From Callorhinchus milii (taxonomy: Eukaryota), in NCBI RefSeq assembly GCF_018977255.1, contig NW_024704743.1:69626001-69690000 (forward strand): 64,000 nt of DNA, written 5' to 3'. Shown here piece by piece: positions 14,639-28,670 of this stretch. The notes under the pieces were generated by a model that had not been told where the DNA came from, did not search any database, and worked only from the letters and a program-made list of their open reading frames with translations. Position 1 is the first letter of the stretch. Each line of letters opens with the position of its first letter. The position numbers and the translations under genes are program-made.

Positions 14639-15511
14639 TATTATCCAGTCTATATAGCCGAGTGGTGAATTGAGTAATTAGTACCTTTACCCACTAGGCC
14701 ACCTTTCGGAGCCTCTTACAGATTGCTGTGGGAATCTTACACACAAACACTTGAGCTATTAAATTACGATTTCCTAATTATCTTCATTAAGATTCTTAAT
14801 ACTGCTCTTATAAGATTATGAAACTGAATCATAAATCAATTCAAATTCATATTAAGCATTAATAAGCATTATTGGATTGCTCAGATGCACCAGTACTATT
14901 GAATAAAATCTTTAATGCTTGCATTTAATACAAAATCCTGTCACACTGAAACAGCTCAAAGTACTTTGCAGGAGGAAGCCATCACTATTATTATGTGACC
15001 AGTGAACCACAAGTCTATGCCAGCAATGAGACAAATGACGAACTGCCAGGTTCCATTATTATTAAGACAGCTATAAAAATCATTAAAGTATGCAAATAAT
15101 TCTAGAGGGATTTTCTAATCTACAGTTTCTACTTAATCATATTTTCCCCTAAAGTTTCTCACTTCTCCCTCTTCACCACTATATTTCCTTCCTTATTAAA
15201 CATCAGTTAGCGTTTGTATTCAGTCAAAAGGAGTTTGCCTCCCAAAATCCCTTACGCTGAAACTTGACCTGAATGATATTTTTGAATTAAAAAATGTAGT
15301 GGTCATGTCTGCCTGGTCAGATTGGCTTATTATTATCTGGTACTTTCCATTAAAATTGGATTAAAGATCCCATGACACTATTTGAAAAGTGAAGGGCGAT
15401 TTTCCTGGTATCATGGCCAACAATCTCCCAGATAAAAATTCACTTCATGGCTGTTTATGCAAATTGGCTGCTGCATTTGCCTACAAGAAAACATAGGCAA
15501 CTAATAATAAT

Positions 15512-15912
15512 AAGAAGAACATAAGAATTAGGAGCAGGAGTAGGCCATTCGGCCCCTCGAGCCTGCCCCGCCATTCGATAAGATCATGGCTGATCTTCAG
15601 ACCTAACTCTAATTACCTGCACTATCCCCATATCCCCTAATCCCTCTATTTTTTAAAAATCTATCAGTCTCAGCCTTGAAGATGTTCAAGGACTGAGCAT
15701 CTACAGCCTTCTGGGGTAGTGAATTCCATAAATTCACTACCCTCTGAGTGAAGAAATGTTTCCTCAACTCTGTTCTAAAAGGCTGACCCTTAATTTTAAG
15801 ACTGTGACCCCTGGTTATAGATTCTCCTACCAGGGGAGACAGACCCTCAGTGTCTACTTTATCCAGCCCTTTAAGAATCTTATGTTTCAATAAGATCTCC
15901 TCTAATTCTTCT
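15512..15912 (-). mobile_element. CR1-clade LINE 3' end (HER1-like)
   Basis: ILKGLDKVD...TRGHSLKI...FFTQRVVNLWNSLP...FKAETDRFL; 3' UTR ending GGCCGAATGGCCTACTCCTGCTCCTAATTCTTATGTTCTT. Confidence 0.93.
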
Positions 15913-15914
15913 GT

Positions 15915-16208
15915 ATTAATAATTATTAATAATAATCCCTACATTTGATATAGCTTCTAGACTTCTAGACGTCTCAAAGCCCTTCACAGAATAGACTATA
16001 AAGTGAATTGACTGTATATATTTGTGGGCGAAATGTGGCAGGCAATTGTGCACAGCAGTGTCCCACAAACAGTCTTGGATTGAAAATGACCAATTTTTTT
16101 TTGAGGGATTATTATCAGGCATGTGGAGTAAGGAAACTTGCCCAAGGTTTCACCCTGCTGGGAGTCAAACCCAGGTGTGTGCTCTACCCACTGAGTTACA
16201 GGACTCCA
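15915..16208 (-). mobile_element. SINE family A, internally deleted
   Basis: Reverse head and tail with part of the core missing. Confidence 0.85.
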
Positions 16209-17139
16209 TACTATCGGTAAATCCTGTGAAGTGCTTTCTGGCATTTTGACGATGTGATAATAATCCTTGTTATATCGAATACAAGGGCTATTATTATTCA
16301 TCTCCAAATCCTGATGTGAACAATATAGAGCACTATGCTGACACCCAGGGCTCTAACTGATGGACATCGGATGCCTGATAATATTTGTTCAGGCAGATTA
16401 AAACAGTCATGTTCCAGAGTCATTCACAACATGGTAGTGATGCCTTATTTGGGTAATTCTCCTCATTTTCTCTTTGACCAATGGTCTCTGTCCTGACTCC
16501 CAGTCTTCATTGCATCCTCATGCAACCATCTATGCTGTACTCCAGCATTAGCTGCAGGCAACCAGTGAAGTGACCGCAAGGTGTTGTGGGCAGTCAGGAA
16601 TGTCGGGGTTTGAGCATGCAGGATATAATTTAGAGTCAGCATTTGGTTCTCATATCCTGGATTTGTTACTTTCCATCTGGTACTTTCCATAATAATAATA
16701 CATTCCAAGTATACAAAACGCTGACCATTTTATAGAAATGATCTTTCAGGGCTGAATTACGTTTTAAGTAAAATGTCCTCCCGACGCGAAAGGCACTATA
16801 CAAATGTAATCTTGTTGTTGTTGTCTTGTGCTGATTGGGAAGACAAGGCAAGCATCAGTGATATAATAACAAATGCTTGGTTCATACCTTTGATGACACA
16901 CATAGTGAGTTCCTGATCAAAGCCAGAACGTCAGCTCTATAGGATTTTATATTTAATGATAACGGCATGGAAACATGTCACTTGGCTCAACTGGACTCTG
17001 TGGGTGTTTATATGCCACCCGAGCCCTCCTACACCCCTCTATCCCCTTAAGGGCAGCACCTCCAACAATGCACTATATTTAAATGTTAGCCTAGATTTGT
17101 GAGTTCAAAGTCTTGATGTGGGGCTTGAACACATCCTAG

Positions 17140-17716
17140 CGTTCTCGCTTCTGAGTCAGAAAATTGTGGGTTCAAATCCCATATTAGTCTAAGCTGACGC
17201 TCCAATGTAGTCCTGGAGTTGCGGGGGGGGGGGGGGGGGGGGGGGAAGGGTTGCATTGGCAGAGGTGCATTGACCTTGGATGAGATGTTAAAACCGAGGT
17301 CCCATCTGCCTGTTTAAATAGATGTTATAGATCCCATGGCACTATTCAACAATAGCAACAAGATTCCATTTATAGAGCGCATTTCACGTCAGGAGGACAT
17401 CCCAAGGCGCTGTACAGTTGGGTCAGGACCCGAGCAGGGGGAAATGATCAGGGTGAGGGGAGGGAAGGGAGGGAGCGAGAAGAGGGTAGAGAAAAGATTC
17501 GAAAAGAAAAGGGAGTTTTTCAAGCTGTCTTGGGCAACAATCTCCCAAATCTAAAATTGGTGACTCACTCCATGGTTGTTTATGGGACATTGTGTGCAAC
17601 TGGCTGCCATGTTTCACTCACAAAAAACACTTTACAGGAAATCCTGTGAGGCACCTTGAGATGTCTCGACGATGTGAAAGGCACTATATCAATTGCAAGG
17701 ATTATTATTATTATTA
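17140..17716 (+). mobile_element. Family B SINE interrupted by a reverse L2 tail (~17348-17500)
   Basis: Deu core GATCCCATGGCACTATTC breaks off and resumes as GAAAAGAAAAGGGAG after ~150 bp of reverse L2 3' end. Confidence 0.82.
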
Positions 17717-20700
17717 ACGCACAGATTTCTAACTCAGAGGAGAGAGTGCTACTAACCTAGCTCGGTTAACACATGGAAGCAGCGATTCAATTGAAGTAAT
17801 TTACTGACATTCACCACGCTGCAGAGAATCACTTCAATAATATGGAAGTATAAGGGTCAGAGAAACCCTTTGACTCTCACGCTGTAATTCCAGCTTCACG
17901 AACCACAAACTACAACGCTCTCCCTCAATTCCTCTGCTTTGTCCTCTCCCCTTCTTTTAGATCACAACTGAAGATCTTCTCTTCGACGTTGCTCATGGTG
18001 ACTTCCTCCCTCCCCCGACTCAGTGTCAGGCTTCCCCACTGTAAAGTGTTCTGAGACGCTACCCTGCATGAAGGGCAAGTTGTTGTTATTATTATGGTCA
18101 CACCCAAAAGTAGAAAACGCCAGCAAACTGCATGGTGGTGTTCTCAAGCCCCACAATAACAGAAACTGCTATTTTAATTAAACAAAGATTACATTAAATT
18201 AAACAACCACTGAATGTTTTACATCAACCAAAAACATTAACTTGAGACCTCCAAGCAAAGAAGACAGCAAGGGTATGGGGGAAGGCAGAGACATTTATCA
18301 CTGGTATAAAAGTGTCTTATTAATATTGTGCCTGAGGCAGGGCACTTGAACAGAGGCGGCCTTATCCTGCGCACTGCAATGATGACTTTTTAAACTCTTC
18401 TGGAGCAGAAATGATTCTATGCCAAGCCTCTGACCCAGAGTTTCTATGGGTTTTTGAAAGTCTAACAGTGCAGAACTTTACATTTGGATTAAATTAACAG
18501 TCTGGGTTCAATTAGAGAAAGAATGTAGCATGTTATTATCTTTTCCACAGTGATGGCAGAAGCTGATCATCCTGGTCACTGCTAATACCATTCCCCATTG
18601 TAAAATTGCTGGGATCACTGGAGCTTGGAATGAGTTACAGTTCCAACAAAGCTACAATAGCAGCACTCTCCACCTCTCTAATTTCTGCAGGCTGAGGTTC
18701 AATAAACTCAAATGCAACGATCCTGTGATTTGTCAAGTCTCCATCTTACATTCCTTCTTACACCGCACGGTGTTTGCATGCATTACAGTAATATGTGCGT
18801 GCTAACAACACAAATTCGTAAATTTGCTGTTTCCAAAGAAACATTGAAGCTGAAATGACATTAAAAACGAAATGTACTAACCCTTGGCTACTTGCTACAG
18901 TGCTCCATTTATCCTATAACAAACATCACATTGTTTATACTACTAAGTGTGCAGAAGTATACTTTTACTGGCTGAAAATGTCTCTGTGTTACTTTTTTTA
19001 AAAAAAATAAGACTTTAGATTTGTGAACGTGATATTTACTTGACTAAAACCTCTCCCAGACTAACTGTTCTATAACATAATTTCCTGAAGTTTGACATTT
19101 TTGCCAGATAACAATCTTATTAAAACTCCCACTACTGGGTGGAGAGGTTAAAATAATATGCTTGAATTATATTGAAAAATGAGAAAACGAGGCAAGAATA
19201 ATCGCTTCCATTTTTCATTCTTACGATCTTCCAAACACGTTCAGAGATCTTTCCCAAAGGAACTACATGAATTAAAACAATATTTACATGGAAAATGATT
19301 ACAGTGAAAAGTTTAAAACCCGCTATAATTTTCATATCAAACACAGCCTTTTCAAGGCGAGAATCACGAGAGGATAGCAACAGCTTCTAATCTAACTTGT
19401 GTTTCATAACATGAATTGCTAATGATTTCTCATTCTCTGATCCTTCAAGGAATGGTGATTGTGACAAATTGTAAAACATGCAAAAAAAAAATTGCCACGG
19501 TTATAAAGTAAGCATCAGACTTGATTAAATTGAAATGGACAGAATTATCATGGCTGCAGGCCAAAACTGAGAGATATACTGTGATATTAGAGCTGTGCTG
19601 TGATATTAGAAGCTGTCTGTTTTCATAAATATAATGGATAAAAGAGAACTGACCTCAAGTTCTGCTGGGTTTGAATTTTTGACTCCAGCACTGCCAGACA
19701 TTTGTAACAGTATTATCTATTATGCACTGAGTGAACTTTGCATTTATCACTTTTATACAATGGAGACACAGCACAATGCAGATACAGCCATTTAACTAAA
19801 CAGCATGATGGGACTAGTATAAGAGATGAAGTGTGTGGCTTGATACCAGGAAAATAAATATTGAGTTAATTAATTAATCATCACTTCTCCTTGCTAATTA
19901 ATGTCAGCAAACAGTAGATGTCAGCCTGCCTCAGTCTACACATAGTCTGGGCTGACACTCAGATGCAGTGCTGGGGTGTGCTGCATTACTGGAGGTGGCA
20001 AAGCTTTAGAATGACGTGTTAAATCAAGGCACCATCTGCCTGTTCAGGTGGGTGTTAAAGATCCCATGGCACTATTTGAAAGAAAAGGGAATTTCTCACA
20101 GTGGTTCTGGCCAAAAATCCCCCAAATAAAATGGGTCACCACTTCTTCGCTGTTTCTGCACAAATTGGCTGCTGTGTTCATCTACAAAATAGAGTCATAA
20201 CCCTTTACAGTAAACCTGTGATATCCTTTGAGATGTCTTCCTGACATGAAAGGTTCTACACCAAATATAAGCATTATTGTCAGTGTTTATTATGTAGGTT
20301 CAGTAGCTATTTGACTGCAAAGTAAACCAGTGCTCGTCGCTTATAGAAGTGACTTTGAACGGACAACTAATGCTGCACTCTATCTCTAGCCTGAGGAAGA
20401 ATGATTCACTGTGTTTAGCCCCGACTGCAATCTTTATTTCTATAAGATGCCACATGACAGTTTTTTGGACCCAAACATTTCAATGTTTTGTCCTGTCCTT
20501 AAATGTACTGGATAATCACTTCACGATGTTTCAATTTGGAAGCCAGGTTTTACTTTCAGTTAATTTGGGCCACACCAAGTTCAACAGTTCCCCTCCCCCA
20601 CCCCAGAGCTGGAAACCTGCCAGCTCCAGCAGAAACTGATTAAGTTGCCTTCGCTGAAATTGGACAAAAGTATTTTCTTTCAGCAAAAATTAAAATCCAG

Positions 20701-21894
20701 GAATTACAAACGATATTATCACAAAGCAACACATGTACTGTTATCAAGTGCAGCAGTATTAACTGTACAAATGGTTAAATATTCAGTGTTTTTCTTGAAA
20801 TTCTTTTGGGGATTGTTGAATATTTGTGCTGAACTTTCCCTCAGGAAATTCATTGGATGGAATAGGACCCACAACAGGATGGAATGTACCCAGTTCTTGG
20901 AAAAAGTGCCATTGAAGGCCCAAGTGATCTTTGGGTAACACATTTATAATGGGATTTCAGAGACCCCCAAGTGGGATCTGTGAAATCTCATTATAAACAT
21001 GTAACCCAAGTTTGCTATATTCGTGGTTATCACATGATAGACTCCCACTGTCTTTTTTCTGCAAAGCATACCTTTTAAAAATTATCTCCTAAAGATATTT
21101 TGCCCCAGCACTCCTTACGATGCTTGTTATCATTCCCCAAATATTTTTTTTCAGCCAGGTGTCTGATACATGTCTGTCCTGTCATTATGCTCTCAATGGA
21201 ATGGAATGGAAGCCACCTTCAATGGAAATGTCCTTGTGTCGAGAATGGAGTGCACACTCTCTCCCCAAAGGGATGCACCTTGCTTATCTAATTCCAGAAG
21301 AGAGTAACAGGCAAGAGGTTGGGAAGAGGCAAGGCTTGGGGACCACACAGTGTACGATGGGATATTGCTGGAGTTTATAACCATTAAATCCACGACGAGT
21401 GTCGATGAGAGCTCTAGCTGATAAGCCTTGTGCTATTTGTCCAGTTAGGACAACCCTCCCTACTAGGTCTTTAGCTCGCAGGGTAACCAGGAACTGAGTT
21501 AGAAGAATCCCTACCCCCAGTGTCTGGTTTGCCTACCACATCCTGCTGATGAGGCTGATCTGTCATCAACAGGTCCCTGCAGTACTGTGGACCTACTGGA
21601 TCAGGAACTGGACTACCGAGACCGCCACAAATTTGTGGCTCAATTGTGATCTCAGGTTGCCAAGCAAGTCACCTTGGTGCCAGCTCCAAGGAGGATCAAA
21701 AACATTTGGACTCATATTTCTTATTCTTTACACAAAGGTAAATTCTGCAGCTAATTACAAATAAAATCTTCTTAAATTGTCAGGTATACCCTTCGATTGT
21801 CTACAAACAGAAAGCTACCTGTACCATGGAAGCATGTGACCCCAGTGACCTTACAGTAATTTCCAATCCCACTTAGTTGACATGCTAAATTTAC

Positions 21895-22078
21895 CTCACT
21901 GCTGGTTTGATCAGAATGGCCCTGAACATTTGCTCTTCTGGAGTTATCGTCTGCTTATCCGTGGGCAGGACAAAGGGATGGAAGGCAGTCAAGACAAAGC
22001 CTTTCTGGTAGAGTTCCTGAAGCTGAGCTGGCAAATCCTGCAGAGATGAGAGTCTGCCCCCAGATAGCGTGGTTATCT
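21895..22078 (-). CDS. RFTN1: Raftlin-1 coding exon 2 (184 nt, phase 1 to 2)
   Basis: EITTLSGGRLSSLQDLPAQLQELYQKGFVLTAFHPFVLPTDKQTITPEEQMFRAILIKPAV resembles RFTN1 (LASLRDLPAQLLELYQQGF...IFRAILIK) much more than RFTN2. Polypyrimidine tract plus ttcag acceptor; AG|GTAAAT donor. Confidence 0.95.
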
Positions 22079-23229
22079 CTGAAGAGGCACCACAACAAAA
22101 GAGAAAAGAGGTTAGATATAGCGCACCATTGCTGAGCGCTTGCAAAACAACATTCATTTCACCAAACTGGAGTCTTTAGTTTTAAAAATATCATAAGGCA
22201 TTGCATAAGGAATTAAGTCTTAGAATGTGTTCAATATATTGAAACAGCCTTCACTGTTAATGTGAGGTGCAGTTGCTTTGGGATGTGTAGTTATTGTCAT
22301 TTTCACCAGAGATAGAAGTGAATTAATCCCCAGGTTTGGGAATTGTACTTGGATTGGAAAAAAAATTATTACACACATGCAATCAAATCTAATACATTTC
22401 TCAACAGGAGGTAAACCCACCCCAATGCAGTACACAGTATCCTCGGGGTGAAACATCTAGTTAGAACCATCATATCACATGCATTTCTCACCCCATATAT
22501 ACAGCCTACACAGAGAATTGATTTTCACTCAGTCCCATGTTTGAACAGTCATCACATTACGAACTGTGAGAATTAACTGTAGATAGCTGACATTTTTATT
22601 TTCTCTCCTCTCAATTATCATGTTCGCAGGCTTCGCAGAACTGAACAACATGTGCAGAACATACCAACTTGGAACATTTTAGCTTGATCACTCTTTCCAC
22701 TCAAGCAGGAAAGTGGCTCTATTACTTACCTCTCTCTCCACGATTCCCTGGCACAGATGCAGATTGATCTCTCTCTAAATACATGTTTATTGTATTTAAC
22801 CTCTTTGTGCCCTCCTGCTCAGTGCCTTGGGACATCCTCCCGATGTAAAAGAACTATACAAATGCAATTGGTTGTTGTTGTTGTATACCTTACATAATAA
22901 TAATGCTTGCATTTGATATAGAGCTGTTCACATCAGGAAGTCCTCTCAGAGCACTTCACAGAAATTACTGCAAAGAGTAGTGATTGTCTATTTTGTGGAA
23001 GAATATCATGGATACATTTATGCACAGGAGTATGTCAATGATCAATTAATTAGTATCTTCTTCCATCTAGATCAAACACCTGTATAACTCAATTTCAACA
23101 CCTGACAGTAACAACTTAAGTTTTTCAGACTTTGGAAAGAACTTCCAAAACACACTAGCACTGGTTGATGCTTAAAGGTACCGAGATTGCTTCCAATCTT
23201 TTTTAACGTGTGAGGGTTTGTGGCACTTG

Positions 23230-23560
23230 GTCCTGCAGGACAGAAAGTGATAGGTTTGAATCCTGCCCCATGCTTAGTTAGCTGATCTCAGCCTGACCTA
23301 AAACAGTACTACAACATGGGTTAGAGCCCTGGAGGAAAATCTGTCAGGGTTTCCACTCCTGAAACCTCTTTGCTGGGAGGTTCCTGTGGATGTTGGGTGA
23401 GAAGAGGATCAGGCTGCCCTCCGCCAACCCCACCCCCTTCAACCCACCCCCAACCTTGATTGCTGATTTCTTGCCTCAGTCACGATCAAGGCTTTACTCA
23501 GTACAAACATGTGGGTGATATTATGCTGCTTTGGGTTACTGGGTCTGCTCTCATCCAGAA
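23230..23560 (+). mobile_element. Old third SINE-like family; related fragments ~14270-14430(-) and ~45100-45230(+)
   Basis: B-box-like GGTTTGAATCC then AGTTAGCTGATCTCAGC...CAGGGTTTCCACTCCTGA...GTGGATGTTGGGTGA, with diverged counterparts at the other two sites. Confidence 0.55.
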
Positions 23561-25349
23561 TAGCATTCTGGACACGTTCTCACAATATGATCATAGTACA
23601 CATTTTTAATGATGTGCCTTTTAAAGATCTGGAATTTCACCTGGTATTAATCTGTGAGCCATTTTGCCTTAAAATTTAATTGCGTGCAGAATAGTGGAAA
23701 ATCCTTCAATTAACTGTTAGTTTGTCAACTGCAGCTCTTCACAGGAGCTGTCTTCCAAATTCAGACTGAATTTTAGGATTTGCCACAGTTTTTTGTGGTC
23801 TAAAATTATGAAACAAAATCACCGTACAGTTTAAGATCATGTTGTATTTCAGGCCTTTAGACTTGATATCTATCCTCCCAATAATAATCGGTGTTTTCAA
23901 TTAAGTATTAAATTGTTCATTTTTGTTTGCAAAGACTGAAAATATACAGTTAAAAAAAATATTGTCCCTTTCTGGTTTTAGATGTTATAATGGGGCCATG
24001 TTTTACAATGCCATAAATATTTTTATAAATGTGAAACAGATTAAAACAGATTAAAACCAGAATGTGATCCGCAATGACTGACAGGGCTGATTCCTCACTC
24101 TGAGATGAGCACCAACTCTGGTGTCATTTGTAAACAAAAGCTTGGTTCCGTGTCTCGGTTTTCTGCACAAAATATAGGCAGGCAAACAAATCAAATTTTA
24201 CATGTGTATTTTAGCATGTACATGGCACAGAAAGATAATGGAGGTTTAGGATTTTAAGGAAAATTCTGTTTCATAATTAGGTTTGCAAAGGGTTCAAACT
24301 GGGGCTTGAGAGGAGTGAGAGCTGATCTGTAAGTTGAGCTAATGCTGTTTCTCACAGACTGCCTGGCTCTCATGGGCAATGACAACCTACTGTACTTACA
24401 AAGAAAAGTGAAGCACTTTGCATGGTAATCATCCTTTCTTTGTCTCAGGGGACATGCAAGGAGAACAAACACAAAATGTCCAAGAAGCATATAATTATCA
24501 AATCTGTTTTGAAACATTGCATTTTTCATTCAATAATTACACTGATTATATCCCTCTTAAGTCTTCTCTTTAAGTCTGCTCAGGCCACAGATCATATCTT
24601 GCCTGAGACAGCAGGCAACCAGCCTCTTCCCTATCCGACCCATTAAAGCCACTCTCCTGTCAGGCCACTAATGCATGCACAGGAGCAGCCCATGGTAGAC
24701 TGTCCATTAATGTTCTGATAAGAATCAGGTCTGAAATATCCAACATTTTAAGGCTATTTACGACAAACAAGAATAATCCATACTCTCTTCAGCTTGTTTA
24801 CTGTGAGTTTATTTGACTCTCAGAGCGTTTCTTCCAATGCATCGAGACAACAATATGAGAAGGCATAGTAGGATTAAGGTTGCAAAGGGCAATTTCAGAA
24901 AAGATATCAGGAAGTATTTCTTTACCTAGAGGTTAATTAATGAGAATGAGATCACATAGGCCGAGAGGCCTTCTTGAACCAAACCTCTCTTGTGATGACT
25001 AACCTTTTTGACAAAAATATCTAATCAGGTGACCAGGTTTTCTCACAATACAGTTTACATAAGATCAAAGTAATTGCTTTGGAAACCAAAATACCAATTA
25101 ATAACAAAAATCAATTAGACACAGCTAGGTGTCAACCCCCTGGGCTTTCCTAAACTTTAGGCACTAGGGAGTTAAGAATAATGATACATAATAGGCATTA
25201 TTCATTTGCAAAACATAAAACAAATTTGATCCATAAATCATCAATTGAATCTTACTGCCTAAACCTGAGTGTTTGGATGAAATAAAAAGATCGCTATGAT
25301 TAGTGATCGCCAAATGATCACTAATAGATTAGATTCCGTTCCATTTTGG

Positions 25350-25695
25350 AGTTCTGCAGCGTAGTGTTTAGTCCGCTCGCCTGGCAAGCAAGAGGACCCG
25401 GGTTGGGTTCCATGCCCAGGCAAGACAAAACTTCGGCACGTTTCCTTACTTCACAGGCCTTTGTTTTACCTAGAAGTAAGTGGGAACCTATTTGTTAGTC
25501 GATTGGTGGATCGCTTTCCGGGGAAATGGATCGCTTTTCTAATCCATCCCCCCAAAAAAATTTGGTGACTGTTTGTAGGAAACTGCTGTCGCATTTCGCC
25601 CGCAAAATACACTTTACAATATATTCTGTAAAGCGCTTTGAGACATCTCAACTACGTGGTAAGGCACTATATCAAATGCAAGGAGTATTATTATC
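25350..25695 (+). mobile_element. SINE family A copy
   Basis: Same head, core and tail. Confidence 0.88.
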
Positions 25696-26834
25696 AGCTG
25701 TCACTACTCACCTTTTAACAGTGGCAAATTTAATACAGTGTGAATGGCTCTTTTGTTAAAGCTAGCTTCTAAAGAATAAAACCATTAAGCAGCTCACACA
25801 GCTAGGAAGGAAATCACAGCTGGAGCATTAACTTGCTTGCAACCCGGTCAAATCACGTTGTGGGGAATTTTGCTTAAATTACTTTAAAAAAAGATCAGAA
25901 GGAAACAAATAAAAAGAGAGGTGATCACATAACAATATTGAAAAGAGCTCACTTCCTGTGATTAGCTTTAGCGACTTCCAAAATCATGTTTAATTAATAC
26001 CATGCCGTCTGATAAAAATCAATTGCTCTTCATGGTCAAAATGACATTGATCCACTTTACAGGTAGTTCCTGCTATGTGCACCACACATGTATAGTGGCA
26101 CTATTAAGATGATTAAGATAGAACATTAATAACTAGCAAAACAATAAAACTAATTTTCCTTCTCTCTGGCCAACAGATTACATTTTTGAATCTACAAAGG
26201 AATACAAACTTTGAAATTACAGAAGAAATAATCTCTGATGCTTTGAACATTTGAGAGGACTATCTAAAATATAAAATGTGTTTGTTAAAGAGATTTCTAC
26301 TCAAATATAACAATATTTTTCAATCTCAGAGTAAAGTAGTAAGAAATTACTGATGGTGACTCCAATTGGGGATATTTAATTCATGATCAGCTACAAATCT
26401 ACATTATTCTTCACAGTAAATCATGTAAAGCACTTGGAGAGGTTCTTCAATTGGTAATATCAGCAGGACGTTGAGCTACTAATCTAGGCTGATAGTTCAG
26501 GGCAGTGTTGGGGAGCACTATAATATTAGAGGCACTGTCCTTCAGATCAGACAGTTGATAAGAGAAGGTGAGATTCGTTGGGTATCTGACCAACAATTGC
26601 AGCTTAATTGATCATTCACTTCATGGTTGTTTGCAGAATATTGCTGCACATCAATTAGCTGCCATGTTCATTTACAAAATACAGTCACTACACCACACTA
26701 AGAGTTGTTTCTGAGTTTTCCCCTCTCTTATTTTCTCAGTGTCAGTTTGGTTCAGTTATTTGCATTCTTGAGTCTAGGTTAGAAGGTTATTGGGTTCAAG
26801 CCCCACATAGTGACTTTGAGCTCATAGTCTAGGC

Positions 26835-27080
26835 CAGGGGTGTCTAACCAGTCGATTCCTGCTAGGTAGTGTCATTCTCAATAAAAACAAGAGGCAGGAG
26901 CAATAGTTACCAGAATTTAAATATTAAAGATTATATTTTTATTTCGAGATGCATGTAGTATTTTGTGTATCTGGCTTTGTTTTCAATAGGCTCAATAACA
27001 AGGCTGTTCTCCTTTCTCTTGTCTTTTTGATCGTGCACCAGAGCGCCACCTAGCAGGGATTGTCCAGTTGGAGACCCCCA
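26835..27080. mobile_element. hAT-superfamily MITE (246 bp) inside a family B SINE
   Basis: Exact 8-bp target duplication GTCTAGGC at 26827-26834 and 27081-27088; degenerate TIRs CAGGGGTGTCTAAC / GTTGGAGACCCCCA. Confidence 0.85.
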
Positions 27081-28289
27081 GTCTAGGCTGACAATGAAGG
27101 AACACTGGATGAGATGTGAAACCATTTTCCTGCCTGGCTGTTCAGATGGATGTTAAAGATCTCATGACAGTATTTGAAAAGGGAAGCAAATTGCTATGAC
27201 AGTATCATGGGAGTTTCGCTCAGTGGAGGATTAATCAGCAATTCACTGTGTTAATCGTGTCTTTCATTTCATGATTATTAGCGCAGCCTTGCTAAACATC
27301 AATTGGTTGCCATGTTTGCCTACAAATACACCACTTGAAAATTTTAACATGGTAGGCGGTATATTAAATGCACGGATTCATTTTATTATGAAATCCAGAA
27401 AAAAAATCCACTGAGAACTGAATATTTATAAGCTCATGATGAGATTTAAATCAGAAACATCAACATATATATATAATATATATTAATGAAGGCAACTTGA
27501 TATGAAAAAAAACAGTTCAAATGAAATAATTTGTTTCATTTTGAATATTAAAAGTAAATTTACAATAATTGTAAATGAGATTGTTTATCTCACCGATAAA
27601 CCAAGACGAGAAATTCCTCACATCATTAAAAGAAGCCGTTAAATCTTAATTCAACATTATCTTTTGACAGAATTTAATGAAAGTGTTCAAGTGCCCCACA
27701 GTGTTCAGTATAAAGCAATGTCATTGCTAGGTATGACCGCAAGGCAGTCAATCTAAGCCTCTGCTCAATAATAAGAGTATTAATAAAGCCTCAGTAGGCA
27801 CCGAGTCCACAATGATTGCAGCACATGGGTCCATAAAGCAGCCAACCTTCTGTATGCTGCTTTAGCAGACCTTCAGCAGAGCGCTTCAGAAGACCTTCTA
27901 AGCGCTCCGAGATGGCATCCGACGTGAAGGACACTTTATAAATGCAACTTGTTGTTGTTATCTGTATGTATTCTCTGCATGCTTGCAGATAGGAATGGGC
28001 TCACCCACCAGTGTAACTCCTGCAATTGGGAGGTGAACGCATCCATCAAGGAGATTTGCACACACATGAGTAAAATGCAGGAGCACATGACAATGAGCAC
28101 ATACTTCGGTCACACTGCACATCTCAGTACATATCTGTCAAGTGTCACTCATTACCTGTGCCTAAAGGAAAAGATCAGTTGTATAAAAGCAAAATAAACA
28201 AAAGTTTGAACAGTAAAAACTAAACAGGATATCCATCTATAGGTCAGAACTGTGAATGGCTCCATTTGATAATAAACCTAATGTATATG

Positions 28290-28670
28290 TGAGTCCTGTA
28301 GCTCAGTGGTTAGAGCGCTCACCTCCCAAGCGAGAGGACCTGGGTTTGATTCCCGGGCAGGGCGAAACGTTCGGCAAATTTCCTTACTCCACACGCCTCT
28401 GTTTACCTAGCAGTAAGCAGGAACCCGGTTGTTAGTCGATTGGCGGATGGCTTTTCCAGGGGTAATAATCCCTTCAAAATAAATAAACAATAATAATTTG
28501 GTCACTCAATCTATGACTGTTTGTGGGACACTGCTGTGCACAATTGGCTGCTGCTTTTCACGCACAAAATATAGTCAATTCACTTTACAGTATATTCTGT
28601 GAAGCACTTTGAGACGTCTCGAGAACGTGATAAGGTGCTATATTAAATGCAAGGATTATTATTGTATTAT
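28290..28670 (+). mobile_element. tRNA-derived SINE, family A, full-length reference copy
   Basis: Pol III A box TAGCTCAGTGG and B box GGTTTGATTCC; core GGCAAATTTCCTTACTCCACACGCCTCTGTTTACCTAGCAGTAAG; L2-like tail with (TTA)n. Confidence 0.92.

Noticed and set aside
28290-28365. Cloverleaf-like tRNA sequences (Ala-CGC-like loop in the copy at ~4620)
   Set aside because: They are heads of multicopy SINEs that run on into core and tail, with random divergence between copies; not tRNA genes.
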